A DNA stretch of 32,257 bases. It comes from Octopus bimaculoides. Its lineage: Eukaryota. The DNA is taken from the NCBI RefSeq assembly GCF_001194135.2, contig NC_069005.1, positions 30,282,299-30,314,555 of the forward strand. Direction: 5' to 3'. Each line of letters starts with the position of its first letter. The first letter of the stretch is position 1. Positions 25,031 through 32,257 of this stretch are shown here, piece after piece. The notes beneath the pieces are model-generated. The model had not been told where the DNA came from. It was given only the letters and a program-made list of their open reading frames with translations, and made no database searches. A program made the translations under genes and the position numbers.

Positions 25031-25383
25031 TTATTTTCTTGAAAACCCACTCCAGAAACAAAAGTTGAACCCTTGGTGGGGTTTGAACACAACAACACTA
25101 AAACACTTAGACCAATATTCTATCGTTAGGGACTAACCATTTTGGGTTAGGTCTAACATCCCACTGTTTCTCTGCCAATGGTTAAGGGTCTATTTTATAC
25201 TTTTTTTTTTTCGTTTTTAATTTTTATTACGCACAGGAGGCCCTCATGCTTTTTTTTTTTTTTTTTTTTTGAAGGAGAGAGGACAGAAGGAACACGAGAT
25301 GGAAACCAGGGGAGGAATAAACTATGCAATTCAAACTGGTTCACAATGACAACACTGTCAGAGAGTTTATCTCTTGTTCTATG

Positions 25384-25429
<46 letters not shown>

Positions 25430-25554
25430 CATGAAGTACAAGAGTTACATGCTATGGGAAGAAATAGGGGACGTTGTATCATTGATGCCTTTCTCAAAGC
25501 AGTTGTCCACCAGCTACTATTCATTTGCTGACTTCAGCCTTTGGCTGTGGCCAT

Positions 25555-25715
25555 ACTGGGGCACAGGAACAGTAACACTAACTATTTCGAACAATGGAAG
25601 AAAGCCAGAAATTGGGGAGGGTGTAGTTGAGTGAACCCACCCACAGTATTTGATAGGTATACTCAATCAATTGATCCTCCAGAAGGATGACAGACAAACT
25701 TGACCACAGAAGTCA
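25555..25715 (-). mobile_element. SINE family 1 copy (highly degenerate)
   Basis: CCCACAGTATTTGATAGGTA..TTGATCCTCCAGAAGGATGACAGACAAACTTGACC. Confidence 0.5.
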
Positions 25716-25792
25716 TGGCTAATCACCAAGTGACATTATTTCCTGGCACTCAATTGTTTCTGCCACATCATCATCATGGCTAAATTATGACA

Positions 25793-25794
<2 letters not shown>

Positions 25795-25842
<48 letters not shown>
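25795..25842. repeat. (TG)n microsatellite
   Basis: Direct reading. Confidence 0.98.
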
Positions 25843-25846
<4 letters not shown>

Positions 25847-25915
25847 CAACAATCACATATGTAAATTTTCTTATTTTAGAAGTGTCGAATGTATATGAGG
25901 CTTCTAAAACCAATA

Positions 25916-25948
<33 letters not shown>

Positions 25949-28429
25949 CTTCACACAGACACCACGTCAAGGTATGTATATACATACATATATATATACA
26001 TATGTGTGTGTATACATACACATATAAAATAAATGGGTACCCTCTAAAGTACCCTTTCATCTGTGCATACGCTACTCATTATTACAGTGTCCAAATGTGT
26101 TCAATCATTAAAGACCGCACACAGCATGTTTGCTAAATACTAGAAGAAATATTTAAATGCATCAAATGACATTTTGTTTCTGAAAATAAATCTTTCAAAA
26201 TGGTGTCTATTATTGAGGTGTGTGTGTGTGTGTGTGTGTGTATATGCACATATTTCATATTTGTGTGTGCATATACAATTGGAATGCATGAATGATAAAA
26301 TGTCCTAAAAAGTAATATATATATATAGGGTAAAAACCTCAATGAACCATTTTAAGAGCATGACAGCCAATATGTCTGATCACGATTAACTCTGGACCGT
26401 GTCAAAACTGGACTATGAGCAACAAACAATGCCTGATACCTCGTTAACAAGCTATCTATCAATCTTAAAAAAGGAAAACAAAAAAAAAAAATGGAAGAAA
26501 CACATCCGTTAAAAAGTAGGGTGATCCAGGAAATATACATCATACATCAACCCAAATCAGAAACACATGGCCATAAACACACACAACTTTTAAATCAATG
26601 CAGAGTGCATTATCCTAGAGAAATACTAAATACAATCGTACACACACTTAGGTGAAAACTGTGGTGAAGATTTATAGCACAACTCAATTTGGGTAGTGAA
26701 ATTGCTTGTTTTTTTTTGTTTTTTTTTAATCTTTGCCTGGGATCTGGAAAGTTTCAAGCCTACCACCTCTGAAGTACGCACACAGTGTGAGTAATTAAGT
26801 AGGGAAAATAAACAACAACAAACCCCAACGCCCCCCCAGTATGATTTCATTAACAGAGACCTCATCAGGATACCAGGTACAAAGGTACAATAACAAAAAA
26901 GTAAAGGGGCAGGAGGGAGGATATTTCTTTAGGAATAGAAATTACCAAAGAGAGAATGAAAGCAATTTTTTTTTTTTTACCACAGCCATGTGGAAAGGAA
27001 TGATGGCTTTGGTAAACATTTTAATAGTTGTTAGGAGTCTTCTAACTACATCTGTTGACTGTTCAACTTTGAGCTGTAAGTGATGATGGTTGTCAGATTT
27101 TCCATGAGGAATGGGGCATGTAGCGTTAGGTGTGTGTGTGTGTGTATAGTTTGTCACGTTTTGGGAGCTCAACAACACAACATAATGGCCCAAGAAAGGC
27201 TCAAAAGCACAACTGTGATTGTTGTGTTGGCTTCACAACAAATGCTGCAATGAAGCGAAAGTACACTCACATGTGTGTACACACACTCCTGCAGTACCAT
27301 TAGTTTTAAAATGTACTATGACTATTATGTTTTGAATGGATGAAGAGTCTACACTGTATGTACAATAGTAGTGAAGGTCACCAATTTGGATTGTCTTTGA
27401 ATCTGGTTTCACCAGCAATGAAAGAAACTACTCGCTAATGAAAATAGCCCAGACTAAGAGCAATTGGGCAGCCTGCAAATCAATAAATACAGAAATGTCG
27501 ATATACTTAGACATGTAATGGTGTGAAATGTTAGGTGAAAATGACAGATAGTTATTTTACACACACTCAGACCTGACAAAAGTGGCAGGGGTTCCTAGCT
27601 CATTGGCCCCTGCTTCCTCAACAAAATACATGCTCAATGTTTGCCTGGAGCAAATACAGACTATCGACTCCTATCAACTCAAGATCTATGCTCGACATAT
27701 CTTGAGTAAAAAAATAGCTCGTCGCCACCTGCCTCTTCCAGAAGATCCAGACTCAATGTTAGTCTGGAGCAAACAAGACAAGGCAGTAATCTGAGCTCTT
27801 AATAACTTGTGTATATCTCTGGTGCCTCTGCACTACATATCTACCAAACCTGCTTACTTTTACACCTCCCCAATCTAGCTTATTGGGAAGGTCATGGTTG
27901 GAACGTCTCTGTCATCACAAGTCTACGGGAACAGGACTGATCTGGGATAAATGGTAAGTGGACACTTTTAGAAACAGAGTGAAAGAAGCTGAAAAAGCGG
28001 AGAACTAGCATAAAAACCTAAAAATCAGAGAGCTGGGTTGTTGGTATACCAGTGAATGGGCAAAAGTTAACAGAGAATACATTGTGTATGTGTGAGAGTG
28101 GGTGGATGTATGGTAAACACTAACCCATTCGTATTCACACACAGTACAAACATATCTTCGTGATGTAGATGTGTGTAATCGCTTTGTAGACATACACACA
28201 ACCACACGCCCACCTACATGCAGACATACATACATATGGACTTAAGATTTACACTTAAGGTTTATGCGTGTGCATGAGAAAGGTGGTCAGATGAAATGAG
28301 GGTATGTCGTTAAGGTGTTAAATTTTAGAAGGAGAACACACTGGAGCCCTCCCACCTTACACACACAGTCTCTCAAATAATGTTCAGTTTAAATAAATGT
28401 AGTGTTGCAATGATGTTGGTTGTGGTTTT

Positions 28430-28612
28430 GGTAATAGCAGTAGTAGTAGTAGTAATAATAGTAACAGAATTGCGATGATGTTGGTAGTAATAGTAGTAGT
28501 AGTAGTAGTAATAGCAACAAAAACCGTAGAAATAGCAGTAGTAGTAGTAGTAGTAGCAGTGTTGTTGTTGGTGGTGGTGGTGGTAGTAGTAGTTGTAATA
28601 ATAGTAATAGCA
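28430..28612. repeat. Compound trinucleotide repeat (GTA/GTT/GTG/GCA)n
   Basis: Direct reading; yields poly-T/L/Y/V ORFs in several frames. Confidence 0.92.
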
Positions 28613-28910
28613 GCAAGAGAAAAACAAGAGAAGCTGGCAGTTGGCTGCCATTTCAAACTGGATGGGGGCAGGATTGGGAGGGAAGGGGGGAATACCTATA
28701 AAGAAGAAAGGAGAGAGAGAGAGAGGACAGAGGAAATGTGTGTATGTATGTATGTGTGTGTGTGCACAAGTGTGTTAGGGAAAAGAAAATGACAAGGACG
28801 TAAAGAATGTTTTTTCTTTTTTTGAAATCTTTCTTTTAAAATGTTATTGTTATATAAATATATATAAAGAAAACACACAGGTGAAAAAAAAAAATTTTTT
28901 TTTAAGAACA

Positions 28911-29028
28911 NNNNNNNNNNNNNNNNNNNNNNNNNNNNNNNNNNNNNNNNNNNNNNNNNNNNNNNNNNNNNNNNNNNNNNNNNNNNNNNNNNNNNNNNNN
29001 NNNNNNNNNNNNNNNNNNNNNNNNNNNN
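28911..29028. other. Assembly gap (N run) in the 3' UTR of the read-through SERCA isoform
   Basis: N bases 16 nt past the stop codon. Confidence 1.
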
Positions 29029-29044
29029 AAAACTTTGGTTGAAA

Positions 29045-29248
29045 CTATGCAAATGTATGCCAGTAGAAAAATCCAATGTAGACTGCCCACACAAGCACAA
29101 TCCAACAGCATTCAGAAATAAGATTTTTACCGTCGGAGAATTTGCGAGCGACAAACTTTAGAGTTTCATCCATGAAGATCACCGGTAAAGAGATCTTTAA
29201 GACAGCTAACCATTCGTTTATATTGAGATGCGTGATCTGGAAGATTTG
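29045..29248 (-). CDS. SERCA: SERCA terminal exon (TM10 plus read-through hydrophobic tail, SERCA2b-like isoform)
   Basis: Acceptor ctctctccccatacAG, phase 0 matches the upstream donor. Translates QIFQITHLNINEWLAVLKISLPVIFMDETLKFVARKFSD-GKNLISECCWIVLVWAVYIGFFYWHTFA*. WL.VLKISLPVI..DE.LKF.AR is the conserved SERCA TM10 motif. Stop TAG at 29045-29047. Confidence 0.95.
   Translation of the reverse strand, partial: QIFQITHLNINEWLAVLKISLPVIFMDETLKFVARKFSDGKNLISECCWIVLVWAVYIGFFYWHTFA
29125..29131 (-). promoter_or_regulatory. Internal alternative 5' splice donor (G|GTAAAA, phase 1) in the SERCA last exon
   Basis: Minus strand reads TCC GAC G|GT AAA AAT. The position and near-identical sequence match the vertebrate SERCA2a donor within the 2b exon (G|GTAAAG, giving 'GKE'). 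Use of the donor is inferred from homology. Confidence 0.75.
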
Positions 29249-29479
29249 CTGTATGGGGAGAGAGAGGAGAAAAAGAAGAAAAAAACGAAAATTAAAGATA
29301 TTCGCACATATATTTAGACACATAAACACACAAACGGCACCCTCTGGATGGCCGTTGATACAAATGGCGGGGAGGGTAACTCTCTCCTCGTAACAGGAGG
29401 CGGGATTAGACATTTGAAGTGAAGGAATATGAAAAGGACACAGTGAATTTACACACAAAGTATAGGCACATAGCCTTGT

Positions 29480-29700
29480 GAATAGGATGCTGTACTCCTA
29501 GTCACAAGTGGTTTTTGAGTCCCAGACAGGCATTATGTTGTGTTCTTTGAGCAAAATGCTTCACTTCACATTGCTCCAGTCCACTCATGAGCATCCTGTT
29601 CAGAGGGGAATGTTTGCCTGCCCTGCCTAGCCAGTGGGGTAGCATCCTTTGAAAGCTGTAACAATGCAAAGAAGCGCATTGTGACCAGTGGTGTATAACA
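29480..29700 (+). mobile_element. SINE family 2-like copy inside the SERCA intron 29249-30194
   Basis: TGTTGTGTTCTTTGAGCAAAATGCTTCACTTCACATTGCTCCAGTCCACTCA is the reverse complement of the 5125-5338 core. Confidence 0.65.
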
Positions 29701-29814
29701 CATATCTATTTATATATATATATATTCAATTCTACATAGCAGAATTGAATCCAGAACCCTGTAACCGAAACAAATTTCTTAACCACCCATCAACCCCTAT
29801 GTGCACCTTGTACT

Positions 29815-30020
29815 TGAACATCATTTAACATCCCTTTTATCAATTTGGCATCATTTAGTAGTTTGGCATGGACCAATGAGCCAGAGGGTTGCACAGGGTT
29901 CTGATGTCTACTTTGGCATGGTTTCTACACCCGAGTGTCCTTCCTAATGCCAACCACTTCAGAGTGGTACTGTGTGCTTTTTCCTTTTGTTCATGGCACC
30001 AGCACTGGTGAGGTTGCCAA
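29815..30020 (-). mobile_element. (GAT)n-tailed retroposon copy
   Basis: CATCATTTAACATCC..GGCATGGTTTCTAC..CCTTCCTAATGCCAACCAC. Confidence 0.7.
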
Positions 30021-30090
30021 GTACTCAAATGTTCTTACCAATTCCATCAGTTGTTAGATATAAAAGGAGACAAAAGTTCAAGAATCAACA

Positions 30091-30125
<35 letters not shown>

Positions 30126-30131
30126 GATTCA

Positions 30132-30800
<669 letters not shown>

Positions 30801-31467
30801 CTATTAGAATGGTATAGAAAACCCCCATGAATAATTGGAAGCCTCTCTAATAGAACTATTTAAGTCATAATTCTGTCTTTGTTGCACCTTTCTCTTCCAT
30901 TTTGGCCTAAATAGCTTAGCTGAATCATCTTCCTGTCATCATGGAGGCCTTCCAAGTGGTGTTTTCCTGTTGCTCGGATACCACTTAGCAGCTGCACAAG
31001 CCCACTTTGTGGCCTGTGAACCTTGCAGCATGTCTAGGCTAGTGGAACACGTGCTTTTCGGAATTCTGAAATTGCATTGTTCATGCTGCAGTTTCCTCAA
31101 AACTGTTTCCGTTATGAAAGCAAAAAAACACATGTGGTCTGAAGATGTAGCACAGGGCCAAACAGAAGAGGGGAAGCAATAAGGTAAGGGAGTACGTCGA
31201 CTTGAGGGCTCCAGAGTGAATATGTATCAAGATATGGATGTTGAAATCTCAAGTAGAAGGACAAAATGGAAGGCATTTCTCTGCCTGTAATAATTCCTCA
31301 CGCAAATACGAGACCAGAGATTTTGTAAGAGAGGAGCAGATCAAAGAAACTGACCCCTTCTCTGGTATTTGCTTCATACTCCTAACAAAATACAATGTAT
31401 CAGAGATATCAAAAAACAAAGGTGACCTCAGCAGGATTTGAACTCAGTGCATAAAGATCTGAAATAT

Positions 31468-31600
31468 TTAATGTCCGTCTTCCATGCTGACATCTGTAGG
31501 ACAGCTTTGGCATGGTTTCTATGGCTGGATGCCTTTCCTAATGCCAACCTTTATAGAATGTACTGGATGCTTTTTTACTTGGAACCAGCACCAGTGGTTT
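31468..31600 (-). mobile_element. Inverted copy of the (GAT)n-tailed retroposon
   Basis: TTAATGTCCGTCTTCCATGCT and GGCATGGTTTCTATGGCTGGATGCCTTTCCTAATGCCAACC. Confidence 0.8.
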
Positions 31601-31711
31601 TTACCACAAAGCATTTTGTCCAAAATATCAACAGCTTTGCTAATTCCTTGCCTAACCCTCATGAAAATTGTTAAGCTGACAAATAATTGCTGCAAATATT
31701 AATCTGCGGGT

Positions 31712-31900
31712 GACACGTAGAAGCACCCACTACACTCTCTGAGTGGTTGGCGTTAGGAAGGGCATCCAGCTGTAGAAACTGCCAAATCAGGCTGGAGCCT
31801 GGTGTTGCCATCCGGTTTCACCAGTCCTCAGTCAAATCGTCCAACCCATGCTAGCATGGAAAGCGGACGTTAAACGATGATGATGATGATGATGATGATG
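31712..31900 (+). mobile_element. 3' portion of a (GAT)n-tailed retroposon (SINE with RTE-like tail), well preserved
   Basis: GAGTGGTTGGCGTTAGGAAGGGCATCCAGCTGTAGAAAC ... CCAACCCATGCTAGCATGGAAAGCGGACGTTAAAC(GAT)n. The RTE relationship is inference. Confidence 0.8.
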
Positions 31901-32029
31901 GAACACAATGCACAAGGAATATGTCCACAGGAAGCTTGGTTATAACCTTGTTTCTTCACTAGTTTCGGTTTTTTTTTTTCCTTTACTTTTCTAAGGTCAA
32001 TGGAAAGAAAGATGCAGAAAGACAGACAG

Positions 32030-32257
32030 ACAGAGAGAGAGACAAATGCACACATGACCACACACAGACACTCCATCAGAGACACAAAAAGAGAGGGTTA
32101 GACAAGCAGAGAGACAGATAGACAGACAAGCAAAGAGAGAGAGAGAGCGAGCGAGAGAAAAGGACAGACAAGCAGAGAGTGAGAGAGCAAAAGATAGAGA
32201 GAGAGAGAGAGAGAAAGATGGACAAGCAGAGAGTGAGAGAGCAAAAGATAGAGAGAG
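32030..32257. repeat. (GA)/(GACA)-rich tract with a duplicated GACAAGCAGAGAGTGAGAGAGCAAAAGATAGAGAGAG unit
   Basis: The unit occurs at ~32167 and ~32222. Confidence 0.85.

Noticed and set aside
26352-26475. Acceptor ttttccttttttaAG giving D*, or a nearby AG giving a 34-aa tail
   Set aside because: Indistinguishable from the many chance acceptors on a T-rich strand; no independent support.
28373-28792. Mucin-like poly-Thr, poly-Leu and poly-Tyr ORFs; also a good minus-strand acceptor at 28696-28697 that would lead into the poly-Tyr/His frame
   Set aside because: The trinucleotide microsatellite is open in several frames on both strands. It probably lies in the 3' UTR of the read-through isoform, and the resulting tail is implausible low complexity.
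29249-29458. N-terminal part of the 137-aa ORF 29045-29458
   Set aside because: It lies upstream of the acceptor at 29249-29250, so it is intron.
30970-31185. GC-richer + strand ORF followed by AG|GTAAGG
   Set aside because: Stops occur in all frames before the donor and no homology is recognised.

Overview
AT-rich, microsatellite- and repeat-dense eukaryotic genomic DNA with four assembly gaps. The repeat landscape resembles an octopus (coleoid cephalopod) genome; this is inference. The only securely coding content is the 3' end of a minus-strand SERCA (sarco/endoplasmic reticulum Ca2+-ATPase) gene: one internal exon (30195-30312) and one terminal exon (29045-29248). Read through, the terminal exon gives a 28-aa hydrophobic SERCA2b-like tail. 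It also contains an internal phase-1 donor (GACG|GTAAAA) at the position vertebrate SERCA2 uses for the 2a/2b choice. The remaining ~29 kb is probably the intron and UTR space between that donor and one or more distal alternative last exons; the best candidate is at 261-280 (tail DYPGFF*). This space holds several tRNA-derived SINE families, mariner, hAT and piggyBac-like MITEs, a Helentron-type (HINE) element and many simple repeats. Nearly all other listed ORFs are microsatellite or N-gap artefacts. I found no evidence for a wholly new system. The most interesting leads are the SERCA alternative C-terminus architecture, a one-directional SINE bias, and several strong dsRNA-forming repeats in the pre-mRNA.
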